Shown here in pieces: positions 1 to 11,729 of a stretch of 64,000 bases of DNA. The first letter of the stretch is position 1; each line of letters begins with the position of its first letter. The notes under the pieces were generated by a model. The model worked only from the letters and a program-made list of their open reading frames with translations. It was not told the origin of the DNA and searched no databases. A program made the translations under genes and the position numbers. The DNA is from Azolla caroliniana (taxonomy: Eukaryota; Plantae; Polypodiophyta): NCBI GenBank assembly GCA_043228905.1, contig JBHGNT010000016.1, forward strand, positions 14,384,001-14,448,000. Reading direction: 5' to 3'.

Positions 1-3000
1 GGTATGTGCCAAGAAGGGGAAAGAGGTGAGATTTCCGGCCATGACGATCAACTGTGTCCTTAGCGTCTCTGTCAGCTTTGCTTGACTTCTTCTTCCACTT
101 CAAGCACGCCCATCCGTCCCACATGGACTACCGTAGCCTCCCGGTCTGCCATATCCATCGTATGCTCTCAAACCGTCGGCTCCATCTGATCCACCATACT
201 CGACGGAGTTAACTGAACCACTGTCTCTGCCCGATCCGCCAGACCCGATTTTCGCACACCTCTCTTCGGCTTCCTTCGTTTTCCACCTGCGACCTTGGGC
301 CGAGTTCTCGTTCTTCTCGACTGTTTGTCGGACATTGCACCATGTGCTCTTCATCCACGCTTGTCTCGCCTCGGCCGCTTCCTCAACTCGACACTGTGAC
401 ACGCTAAACTTCGTCGTCGGTCATCCTTGTGCTCGTCGCTCGGCCCTTACGCGGCCACATCGCACGTCTCGCACTCCGCTCCGCTCTATGTACCCTTTTG
501 AAAAGGTACGTTGCTTCCCCGACATCTGTGTCGGTGCTCTCGTCTTTGGTGTCCTCCACAACCTCCGATGTTGCCGCTTCACCCCGAGGTACACCCTCTT
601 GGTCCGCCTCGTATGTCCTCCGGATGCGCTCCGGATCTCTCCGATCGCACTCTGGTTTCCGCCCTTTGCGTGCCGCTCCTTTGGTTTTATCATCTCCGCA
701 TGCCGAACACCTCGGTGTGTCGACTCTTCCTGCTCCGCGCTTGCCTTCCGTAGGCTCTTCCCGTGCGCCGATGTTGTCCCCCGAACATGCGCTCATTCTT
801 TCGCCCTTAGGCGACCCCATTCCGCGTTCCTTGCTTCTCCTTTGCCCACCGTGCTCTCTCGCCGTAGAGCGTACCGTCATCCCATCCTCCATGTCGGTGT
901 CCCTCGAGGCTCTCGTTACCGCCTCGCCTCGACTTGCGCCCTCTTGGCCCGCTTGGCCTTGCATGCCCTCAGGGAAGCCGTCGCGTTTTCTCTCCCCAGT
1001 GTGTACCCCGTTGTTCTCCGCACACCATCCTTCGCTCTCGCCACCCATCCGCCAATCCCGGCATCTCGCCGCTTCATCTCTCGTAGTGCTTTTGCCTCTC
1101 AAAGGCTCGACCGAACCGTTATCACCGGTCACTCGTTGTGGCTCATCCGAATACATGCTCGTTTCTTGGCCCTCGAGCGGCTGTAGAGCATGCTCCGTTT
1201 TACGCCGTAGTGCATACTTCGTATTACGCGCCTCATCCGCCGTAGACCCGACCTCTGCGTCGGACTCTTCGTCCTTCGTTGCCGTAGTCCCTTCCGACTC
1301 CGGCTTGCCGTCTTGACCGTGCTCGTCTGTCTTCACGGACCGGGTACCTGTTCCAGTAGCCTCGTCCGTTCCGGTCTCCGACTCCTCGCCGCCATCCGCC
1401 GTCTCTCCATTCTTATGTTGATCCGTAACCGCCGAAGTCTCTAGAATAGGCGGGGAGGGTCCTACGTCGGTCCCAGCCTCTACGTCGGTCCTCTTGTATA
1501 TGCCCATTCCGGGCCTCGAATCCTCATCTTCGTACGTGTTCGCTCCAGGCCATGCCTCCTCACGGCCACCGTCCTTCTCTCCGGTCTTATTTTGGCATTC
1601 GAGCGCATCCGCCGTAGTCTCCGGCCCCGGTGTCGAGGGGTCTCTCCTCCGTCCGCTCTGACCTTCCTCGTCGTCGTTTCGATTATCTGCTTTGCCACCG
1701 CCACCCTCCGTCTCTTCGGTCTCACGTGGGCTCTCGGGACCGACCGCCGAAGTCTCTAGAATAGGTGTGGGAAAAGTCTCGGTACCATCACTCGTCGATG
1801 TCATGTTCTTAGCCACCTTCGTTCGGACGCCATGGTCCGTGGCTATCTCTTCCTCGTTCTCCTCGTCGTCTTCTCGGTTGCCTACCTTGCCACCTGCACT
1901 GCCCATCGCTAGGACAGAGCGTCTAGGACCGGTGTGGGTAGGGACCCGGCACCACCGCTTCTTGTATCCGTAGCCGCCTCCGTCCAGACGTCGTTGTCCG
2001 TGGCTACCCCGCCTCCGATCGTGCAAGCCTCGATTATGCTTACCGCCATCTCCTCCATGTCGTCGTCTCGGTTGCCCGCCCTGCCGCCGCCACCGCCCGT
2101 CGCTCTACGTCTCAGGCTGCCGGAGCCTCTAGGGCTGGTGTGTGTAAGGTCGTGGCACCGCCACTCGTCTCCTCCCCACTCGATGTTTCGGGCTGCCATG
2201 TCCCGAATCCGTAGTTACCGGCCTCCATGGTCATCCCTTCACCGCAAGGCAAGAGGGTCGCTTGTTCCGCACCCTCTCCCATGTCGTCGTCGTACGCTCT
2301 CCCGGCCTCCGTATAGGCCCCGTCTTCTACGCTTAGGGAGGCTTCTTCCTCCGCATCCTCCGATCGCCTCCAACCCGACTCCATAATAAGCCCTTCTTCG
2401 GCTTCGATTTTCCCTTTCACAAGCTCGCATGCCTCCTGTATTAGCACTTCTAGGTCGAGCTCCTCCGAACCGTTTTGCGTTGAGCTCTCTTCCGGCGGTA
2501 GTGCGTAGTCACTCGCCGCTCTCTCTTCTCCGCCGCTCGCGGGCCGTTTTGTGGCCGACAGCCTCGCATCATGTTGCCAGCACACCCATTCCACCTCAGA
2601 CCACTCCTCGGTGAGACCACGTACTCCGTAATCATCTTGAAGCTCGAATAAGATGTCCATCCTCTCCTCATGATGGACCGTCTTCAAAAATAGGAGGACT
2701 TTGTCCGCCCCCACCGATCTCCGTTCCCACTTCGTTCACACTCAAACTCTCGGAATGCCTCCATCGCGTTCCGATGGCGCTCCATCGACGCCACCCATCG
2801 GTCGAACTCATGCTGACCTCGCCCATCCGGTTTTGCATACCCGTACGCTTCCAATAGGGCTCCCTCAAAGGACACCCACGACTCATGAGCTTCTCGTAGC
2901 TCCTTGACCTCCTTGTGCACCGATACGGCCGCCACTCGAGGAAAATACTCTAGTCGCATCGCCTCGTCCACGCCCCCTTTCACCATCTCGGCCTTGTAGG

Positions 3001-3226
3001 CTCCCCACAATTTTGGGACCTCATTCCCATTGAACCGGCCGACTCAATCGACCACCCTTTCGATGGCTTGTTGAGCTGCATCTCGCTTCGCCATCTTCCA
3101 TCTGGCTTCCATCACGATCTTTGCCATCATCTCCTCGAAGTCGAAGTCTTCTTCCATCTCCATGCTCCCTTGCCGCCCTTCATGTCGGGTTCACTAAAGA
3201 TGTTGAAAAGGCGAGCATTACGGAAC
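1..3226 (-). mobile_element. G1: degenerate Gag-only non-autonomous Ty3/Gypsy LTR element (3' end outside window, 5' LTR almost entirely deleted)
   Basis: PBS-like TCATGTCGGGTTCACTA at 3180-3196 matches the G2 PBS with 2 mismatches. Minus-strand ORFs are homologous to the G2 ORF (YKAEM, DKVLLF, GLTEEW, PILETSAV). Bases 1-10 match the G2 pre-PPT sequence GGTATGTGCC. Confidence 0.8.
100..3163 (-). pseudogene. gag: Frameshifted Gag-like protein with long acidic low-complexity tail (G1)
   Basis: ORFs 2684-3010, 2112-2714, 404-2026 and 100-402 are collinear with the G2 protein. No PR/RT/INT motifs. Confidence 0.7.
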
Positions 3227-3228
3227 TT

Positions 3229-5134
3229 GGATATCCAAAGTGAGCATGCAACTTGGGCGGTGTTCGGAAAGGCGCTTCTTGCTAAATACATGCTTGAAGA
3301 CGCATCACGACATACGCTCATGACGTGGATCGAGAAGAAAGGGAAGAATATGTGTGCGTCGGGAGTATATGTGGAATTCGACCAAAAGTACAACCGACTT
3401 CTGAGTGTTGCTCAACGAGTTCTCGATGGAGATAAAGTCCTACTATTCTTGAAGGCAGTGGATGCAAAAGATCGGCGAGAATTGGGCAACTTTTTGAAGG
3501 ACGAAACACAACTAAATGGCCTGGTAGCGGACTGGGCGATGGTGAAGAAGGCTTGTAGCCGTCTTGACAAGCGTCGTCAATGGCAAGAGGAAACTGATAT
3601 GGAGAATCCACAATCGTGGAGGAGGAAGGCACCTGTGATGATTAAGTCTAACAAGCCAATCAACAATTTGGACAAGAAAGCGATGGAGGAATCTATAATC
3701 AAGGAGCTCTCCAAGAAGTTTGAAGCGGTATCGTTGGCCAACTTAGGTCGACGTGGGCCGAAGGGAAAAGAAGTGTATAGATGTGTGTGGTGCGACAGTT
3801 TCGAGCACTCACGAAGGGAGTGCACTGACTTGCAAGACGCGATTCGCAAGAATGTCGTCTATTTGGACGACAACATGATCCACTTGAGTGAGACCCGAAA
3901 GCCACTACGAGTGAACTTCGGAAGAGGCGGGCCGAAAAAGATCGTGGAAGAGGAAGATGCAAGGCATGTGGAAGCCATGCACTACGCCGCATCGGCGGGA
4001 ATACGAGTCGGAAGAGAGAATCTAAAGACGATCAAGCCGGGAGTTGGGGTTTGGCCAACGGTATTCGAGTGTGAAAAGAAAGGAAAAATAGATTTGGAGG
4101 ATCTAAAACATGTTGATCGGAATGTGCGACGAGTTACCGGATGGTCGGATCCAGTCGACGATAACACAAGCTTTGCGGAGGTTGTGTGTGACAACTATGA
4201 AGCTCTTGTTGAAGAGAAGAGGAAAAGAACCAGTGAAGAAGATGGCACATCAAAGCATCACAATACAAGGAATGCAGGGAAAGAAGGACAAGCCCAACCT
4301 ACGCCACGAAAAGAGATAGGAGAAACAAGCATGAAGCCCGGTGGGTCAAGGAAACCTTCTCGGATGGAAGTCGATGAATCTATGAAGAAAGGAAAGGAAC
4401 GAGTGGCGCCGACATACAAGCTAAGATCGGACATAGAACAAACAACCAACTTGTGGAAGGTTCTTGAGGAGAAGGTTTTAGACAGTCATGTCGACCTTAC
4501 TTTGAGAGAGCTACTTGGGATCGCTAAGAAGGAGTTCCACGATACTATCGTGGACTTGATTAAGCGGAAGCGGCAACAATCGGATGAAGAAGAGGTGAAA
4601 ACAAGTGCCATAACCATGGCAAGATCCGAAGATGAGGAGGAAGAAGAAGTGATGGACGACATCCATTACTCTCGGCCTCATTGGGCAAGAGCGACAACGG
4701 CGACGCCAATGAAGATCGGAGAGAAAAAGGAGACCGTGGTAGCCTTGATTGACCATGGTTCAGAGATCAACCTCATGTCGACCGAATTCTACAAGAAAGG
4801 AAGATGGCCAATCAACAGAAATCACGGATGGAAGATACGAGCGGCAACGAAGGCCACGAAAGACTTGTACGGAGCTTGCCCCAATGTTAAAGTCACAATT
4901 GGAGATGTGGAGATGGATCAACACTTCTTCGTGCAAGACTCGGGTTCAAATCCCGTCATCCTAGGACAACCATATATCACATCGTCCCGGATGGAGACTA
5001 AGGTGTTCGATAATGGAGTGACCTTCGTGCGAGTCAAGAGCCTTGACAATCAAAGATCTGTTCAATTCCTTACGGTGCGGGCTAATCACGAAAGGAGTAG
5101 AGATAGCCTTGGAGGCGAATCCTCGGATTTTTAG
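3229..5134 (+). CDS. gag-pro: E1 Gag-protease (N-terminus lost)
   Basis: Zinc knuckle CVWCDSFEHSRREC; aspartic protease ALIDHGSEINL and VILGQPY. The first ~50 aa of ORF 3068 are antisense G1 sequence. Confidence 0.85.
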
Positions 5135-8100
5135 AGCAGACTATTGAAGCGTGGGGCACAAATAGTCTGAGCAATCATAAGTCCCCACAAGGAAGCGAAA
5201 TAAGTGGATCGCAAGGAGAAGCAACATGTGTGACACCTAGTGGCGCATGTAAACTTACACTACTCAACAAGAAGGACAATCATCGGATACAAGACTTTGA
5301 CAAGATGCTGAAAGAAGAAAGCATAATCGAAGAAGAAGAATTTGTGTCTCATATTCTAGAGGAAGCCTCATTTAACGACACCATCGGTGAAATTGAGGAA
5401 GTCGTGGACTTGAGCTACCCTCACGATCAAAATGTGATTTCGGTTAACTCCGTCAACATGTACACTATCATCGATGAATATCATCGAGGCATCTTGATGG
5501 AGGAAGTTGAAGTCAACACAAAATATAAAATAGTGGATAAGAAGATCAAGCCAGTTGTGGTTCCACTACCGGAAGATAGCTGGCAGAAGATGAAAGAAGT
5601 TGCGAATGATCTGAGCTTAAGGGATCCAAAGGCAGTAGGTCATGTCTTCACCAAAGAGACGAAAGGGAAGCTACAAGTTGGAAGGGAAGATTTCCTTCTC
5701 CCCGAAGAGGAGAGAATGTTCCGCGGAATGATTGAGAGACATGGGAAAGCCTTTGCCTTCTCTCCACAAGAGATCGGATGTGCCGACCCGAAGATGATAG
5801 AGCCGATGGTGATTTTTACGGTGCCACATGTACCTTGGAACCTCAAGCCGATACCGGTTCCAAGAGCTTACATTCCAAAGTTGATTGAGCTTCTAAAGGA
5901 AAAGGTTAGGATGGGAATTTTTGAGCCATCTAATGCTCCCTACTCTAATAGATGGTTTACGGTGCCGAAGAAGAACGAGTCCTTACGCTCTATACAAGAT
6001 CTCCAACCCGTCAACAAGGTGACGATCCGAAATGCCGGAATTGGTCCAAGCGTGGATGAATTTGCCGAAGCCTTCATGGGAAGATCGATCTATTCCATTG
6101 GAGATGTCTACTCGGGCTATGATCAATTTCAATTGGGCGTCGATAGTAGAGACATAACGACAATGAGGATGCCGATCGGGTTGGTAAGGATGTGCACCTT
6201 ACCCCAAGGTGCAACAAATTCCGTAGCCCACATGGTGAATGCCATGAATAAAGTGTTGAGGGATTGCATCCCCGATATCACAATGCCCTTCTTAGATGAC
6301 ATTCCAATCAAAGGATGCTTGATGGAAGAGAAAGATGAATCGAAAGATGAAGATGGTTGTGGAAGACTCGTCATCGATCATATAAAGGATAGCGAGAAGG
6401 TGTTGCAAAATCTCACGCTTTCGGGAGAGAAGTCTGCATTCGGTCAACCAGAAATATTGGTAGTAGGACACTTATGTGGGTCTTATGGCCGGAAACCATC
6501 TCCATCCAAGGTGAACGCTATTCAAGCGATGAAACAAGAATGTGTGTCTCAAACGGAGGTCCGTAGATTCTTGGGAGCATGTGCATTCTATCACATATGG
6601 ATTCCACATTATGCCCATGTTGCTGAACCATTGTATGGACTACTAAAGAAAAGGAAGAAGTTTGAATGGGAAGATGAGCATACCTATGCAATTCGAAAGC
6701 TAAAGAAACTATTATTGGAAGCTCTAGCACTGCGCAAAGCCGACTACACCGATGGTACCCCGATATATGTGACGGTGGATACGAGCCCAACCGGAATTGG
6801 ATGGGTGATAAACCAAGAAGACAAAGAAAAGAATCGGTATGCAATCCGATTCGGTGCGAAGGTGTTAACCGAAAGACAAAGGAAGTATGCCCAAGTAAAG
6901 AGAGAGTTATGGGGAATAGTATCCGCGGTTAAAACCGACCGTGACTACCTTATAGGAACAGAGGTCATAATGGAAACCGACTGTCTACCTATTCTTGGAA
7001 TGATATCCGGTTTTGCTAAACCGGATATTGCTATGCTGCGATGGATTCCCTATATCAAGTCCCTCAACCCCGAGATTCGGCATATAAATGGAAAGCATAA
7101 TGTGGTGGTCGATATGTTGTCAAGGGCAAGGTATAAGGGTGAAGAAGATTTGAACTCCGACGAAGAGGATGTTGGCCTAAACTTCTTTACGGTTTCTTGT
7201 GCTCGGGTGCTAGTAGTGTTCAAAGTGGAAGATGATGACGGTGAATTCATCGAAATTGGAAAATACTTAAGCTCTCTTACAAAAGATGAATCATGGTCAA
7301 AGGTAGACTTCTACCGAATTAGGAAGAAGGCCTACAAGTTCTTCCTCAAAGAAGGACATCTATGGAAGTTTCCGAAGAAGAAGAATGGAACTCCACTTCG
7401 AGTGGTGTGCAAGAAATAGGATCAACAAACACTAATTGCTGAATTTCATGATTGTGTGTGGGCAGGTCATCACGGTATATGGGCAACATTTGCAAAGCTC
7501 AAGGAGAAGTATTGGTGGCCGGGTGTTTACAAAGATGTAGCAAGCTATGTTGAAACATGTGAGCAATGTCAATTATACTCGAATATTCAACATAGGGATG
7601 AACTTCATCCGACATATCCATTATCAATGCACTATAAGTGGTTGGTAGACATAGTGGTTATGCCAATGGGATTGGGGCAAATGAAATATCTCGTGCTAGC
7701 AAGAGAGGATCTCACCAACCAAGTAGAAGGACGGGCACTAAGGAATAAAACAACTTCGGCGGTTTGTAAGTTTCTCCTTAAAGATGTTATTTGTCGATAC
7801 AGATGTGTCGGCAAAATAGTAGCCGATAGGGGAGAACTAGATGCAAATGAAGCTAAAGAGTTCTTTTCAAGAGGACATAGTCCGATTGTAAAAGCTCTAG
7901 CAAAGGCTTGCGACGACAAGATGGGGAATTGGTCACGATTACTACCTTATGCATTGTTGGCAGATAGAACTACACATAGCATGACTACGGGATATATGCC
8001 CGCCGAACTCATATTAGGACAAAAACCAATAATGCCTATTGAGCAAAGTGTTGCTTCTTGGACATCTTTGCCATGGCAAGAGGAAATGAGTTGGGAAGAC

Positions 8101-8505
8101 TTGCTAGCCACGAGGATTCAACAACTAGAACGGAGGCCCGAAGATGTCGAATTGGCAATAGAACGATTGCGCCAAGCTCGATTGAAGAACAAGGAGAATT
8201 TTGATAGAAAGCATCGTCTTTGACAAAGAAAAATTGAAGAAGGAGATTGGGTTCTTGTCTATGATAGTAGTCTCGATAATCAATATAGCACTACTCAGAA
8301 GTTCGCGAAACGATGGTTTGGCCCGTACATGGTCAAGAAAATAGAAAGCAATGTAACCTATTTTTTAGCGGAGTTAGATGGAACTCGACTTGCTTTGCCA
8401 ATAGCAGGGAAGAGGATCAAGATCTTTAAGAGAAGAGAGGCCCCAAATCTTGAGATCGAAGCTCTAGATGATGTATCCTCGAACATCGAGGTTAAAGAAG
8501 AGTAA
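5107..8505 (+). pseudogene. pol: E1 RT-RNase H-integrase, in -1 frame to gag
   Basis: RT motifs LPQGATNS and FLDD; RH VTVDTS and ETDC; INT HHCC, DIV, ADRG, WFGPY. Stops at 7417 and 8221. Comparison with E10 shows a deletion in the INT core (EFFS-RGHS). Confidence 0.9.
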
Positions 8506-9493
8506 TTAAAAAAGAGGAACCTTACCACAATTGGCACACTAGTGGATGTGCAAGTTTGGTGGGTGTGAATGTCGTGTGGTTTTTCACACACAATATGAAA
8601 ACTAGTAAAATAATTATTTAATATTAGCTTAATGTATTCATATAGATAGGTGTCTTCAAGATTTTCATAGCGTATTTTACTACGCATGAAACGGATAAAC
8701 AAGTATCAAGCTATGTGAGTGTGAAGTTTGAAGAAGAAGAAAGAAAAGACAAAACTGTGAGTTATCCCATATAGATAGGACAACATTGGAACCCAGGATA
8801 TATGAATGTGTGGAACACAGAATGTTCAAGGTGACTTGGGCTACATTGTTTGGTGTGCACGCTTCGGGCATACGCTGTCGTGCCTTTCGGCTCCGGATCG
8901 TTTGCGTGAGTCGGGTGGGAACCACCGGGGTTTTGGACTAGGAGAAAGAAGAATATGAGATGAGGCTAGTAATGAATAGATTATTAGAAAGAGAGATAGA
9001 AATTTCGTGAATCCCACGAGTGTATTGTATTCGATTAATCAATATTTAGATAAGAATATGTATTTAGATTGAAAGAAAGATATAAGAAACTTGTGAATCC
9101 CACAAGTATAGATTATATTATTTTCGTGAATCCCACGATTATATTAATCGGTTGGTGTTTTCGGAAATATATCCAATTTCCAAATATTTCACACACCTAT
9201 TACATTGTGCTCCCCATCCTTATGTAGTGATGGGAGAGACTAAGCATAACTACATGCTTTTTTTTTCTAATATGTTCATGCACACTAAATGTGCATGTAA
9301 TGCTTTTCTAATCCTTGCTTTTATTTGCTAAATATAGTGCTCATGCACGCTAGATGTGCATGAGTCACTTTTTAGTTGCTTGCGTTTTTCTATAAAATAT
9401 TCACGCACTCTAAAAATGCATGATTTACCTTTTAATAAAGGTAGGCGCAAATAAAGCAATTATAGTTATTAAATCTATTTATAGAACACTAAA

Positions 9494-9565
9494 GCTAAGG
9501 TAGCATAATGGTAAAGTTGAGGTTTGGCTACGTGGAGGTACAAGGTTCGAATCTTGCCCTATGCA
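9494..9565 (+). promoter_or_regulatory. tRNA-derived Pol III A/B-box cassette in G2 LTR (second copy 12352-12423)
   Basis: A box TAGCATAATGG (9501) and B box GGTTCGAATC (9544) at tRNA spacing, with TTTT downstream. Cloverleaf is degenerate. Confidence 0.7.
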
Positions 9566-9961
9566 CATGATAAATATTTTGATATTCTTATTTTATTTAT
9601 TTATATGTAATTAAATCGGTTATATTATTTTTACTTTTTCACGTAGTGTACGAAATACACTACGACACTCGCCCCCTCCGAACCCGCACATCCTCCGGTA
9701 TGTGCCGAAGTTGCCGATGCTCGCTGTCTCCCCTTCATCCTCTGTTTGTCCCGCTATGTCAACTTTGTCTCTCCATTTTGAGTAGACCCATTCTTTCCAC
9801 CCGAACCATTGTCGCCATCCGATCCACCATATTCTTTGTTCTCTCTCGTCATATTCTTGGCCCTTGTCATTCGTGGTAGTGTCTTTTACTGGCCTCTTTC
9901 TTGTCTTCATCAACCTTGACTTTTTTCCGGATCGCTCTCGTCCGATCGACTTTCGGTATGA

Positions 9962-11695
9962 TCAGCTTCCGATCGGATTCGTATTCGGCCGAATCGGAAT
10001 CGGTTGTTCGGTTTCGATTGAGTCGGTCTCCTTCCGGCCCGGTTTCGATCTATCGGTTTCGGTTTCGGTTGGCTTTCTTTTCCTCGTTTTCACCAGCCTC
10101 GACCGGTCCAACCTTCGGTTGAGTCGGATTAGCTTCTTTCCGGATCGGTCTCGTCCCATCGGCTTTCGGCTAGGTCGGCTTCCATCCATATTCGCGTTCG
10201 GCCAAGTCAGACTCGGTCGATCGGTTTTGACCGATTCGACCCCTTTTCGGGTCAGCTTTCTTTTGGGTCGTCTTTCGGCCGAATCCTCATTCGCCCGGTT
10301 CGGCTTTCGTTTGTGTCGTCTTTCGGCCGAATTCTCTTCCTTTCGGTTCGGCTTTCTTTCGGGTCGACTTTCGGTCGAATCCTCTTTTACCCGGTTAGGC
10401 TTTCTTTCGGATCGGAATCCCGTCCGGATCACCTTCCATCCGAACCGGCTTCCGACTTTACCTTTCTTGCCGCCACCTCCCATCTCTCCAGTCTCACGTT
10501 GGTTCTCGGACACAACCACCGAAGTCTCTAGGATTAGTGGGTAGGAATCCTCGGTATTATCATCCTCTGTCATTTCAACCATAGCCTCCTTCTCGGCTAT
10601 CTCTCCGTCGTATGAATCGGCTTCGACCTTTGTTTTCTCTCCACCACCTTCCGTCTCTTCGGTCTCACGTTGCCTTTCGAACGCAACCGCCGGAGTCTCT
10701 AGAATCAGTGGTGGAGAAATCTCGATATGGCCATCCGCCATTGATTCGTCCATAGCCACCTTCGATTCGATGTCATCTTTCTTGGTGACCTCCTCAATCA
10801 AGTCCTCCTTGCTCTCTTTCACTGCATCAATTATGGAAACATCAATTATGCTTACCCCTTTTTCACCCGATGTTTCAATCACTTGTATTCTGAAATCTTC
10901 TTCTACACTTGGGTTATCGGCCTTATCCTTCGTCGTTGCTCTTTCGCAAGACAAGAGGGTAGCTTGTTTTACACCCTCTTCCGTCGCACCATCATGTTGT
11001 ATTTCGGCCTTCATATCGGCTCCATCGTTTGTCTTCAATCGACCATCCTTCATCGGCCATGTCGTTAACAAGATTCTCATCTTCCTCTCATCATGTCTCC
11101 GGCATACCCTTTCGACTTTGGCCCAATCCTCGGTAAGACCGTTCGCACCGTCATCGTCTTCGAGTTCGATCCCGATGTCCATCCTTTCTTTTCGATCGAT
11201 CGATTTTACGAACATTAGGACTTTATCCTCCCCCACCAATCGTTGTTCCCGCTCCGAGAGTTGAGCAAGAGGATGCTCGAACTCTAGGAATGCTTGTGTT
11301 GCACTTCGGTGGGTCTTCTCCGATGCCACCCATTCGTCGAATTTTCGCCGATCTTGTCCCTTTGATCTCTTGTAATCATATGCCTCTCGTAAAGCTTCTT
11401 CAAAGGACTCCCATGTCGAGTTTTGTTGTTGTATCTTGTGGATTCTCTCTTGTAGTTCGTCCGAGGCCACCCGATTGAAGGATGTCACTTGCAATCCTTC
11501 CGGTATCCCACATCGTATCATCTCCGCCTTATATTCACGTAGGTAGCGTGACACACCCTTACCGTTGAATTCCCCGTTTCGTCGCACAAGCCGCTCTACT
11601 GCCGCCGTGATCTCCGACATCACTCGTTGTTCTTGTAGCATCCGATCGAACATCATCATCATCGTTATGCTCATTGCCTCTTGTTGATTCTCCAT
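9962..11695 (-). CDS. gag: G2 Gag-like protein, 577 aa from ATG 11695, with acidic then basic tail
   Basis: Capsid-like region aligns to E1 Gag (EDKVLMFVKSID vs GDKVLLFLKAVD; NGLTEDW vs NGLVADW). No zinc knuckle and no pol. Confidence 0.8.
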   Translation of the reverse strand: MENQQEAMSITMMMMFDRMLQEQRVMSEITAAVERLVRRNGEFNGKGVSRYLREYKAEMIRCGIPEGLQVTSFNRVASDELQERIHKIQQQNSTWESFEEALREAYDYKRSKGQDRRKFDEWVASEKTHRSATQAFLEFEHPLAQLSEREQRLVGEDKVLMFVKSIDRKERMDIGIELEDDDGANGLTEDWAKVERVCRRHDERKMRILLTTWPMKDGRLKTNDGADMKAEIQHDGATEEGVKQATLLSCERATTKDKADNPSVEEDFRIQVIETSGEKGVSIIDVSIIDAVKESKEDLIEEVTKKDDIESKVAMDESMADGHIEISPPLILETPAVAFERQRETEETEGGGEKTKVEADSYDGEIAEKEAMVEMTEDDNTEDSYPLILETSVVVSENQRETGEMGGGGKKGKVGSRFGWKVIRTGFRSERKPNRVKEDSTESRPERKPNRKEENSAERRHKRKPNRANEDSAERRPKRKLTRKGVESVKTDRPSLTWPNANMDGSRPSRKPMGRDRSGKKLIRLNRRLDRSRLVKTRKRKPTETETDRSKPGRKETDSIETEQPIPIRPNTNPIGS

Positions 11696-11712
11696 CTCCT
11701 TGCCACCCGCCT

Positions 11713-11729
11713 TCACGTCGGGTTCACCA
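11713..11729 (-). promoter_or_regulatory. Primer-binding site complementary to the tRNA-Trp 3' end
   Basis: TGGTGAACCCGACGTGA starts 4 nt after the 5' LTR and matches the recalled plant tRNA-Trp end UCACGUCGGGUUCACCA. Confidence 0.8.

Noticed and set aside
335-1316. Long plus-strand ORFs (283 and 295 aa) and ORF 9864-10544
   Set aside because: Antisense shadows of GC-rich, low-complexity gag tails with no recognisable motifs.
9494-9565. Functional tRNA gene
   Set aside because: Acceptor, anticodon and T stems pair poorly; only the A/B boxes are good.
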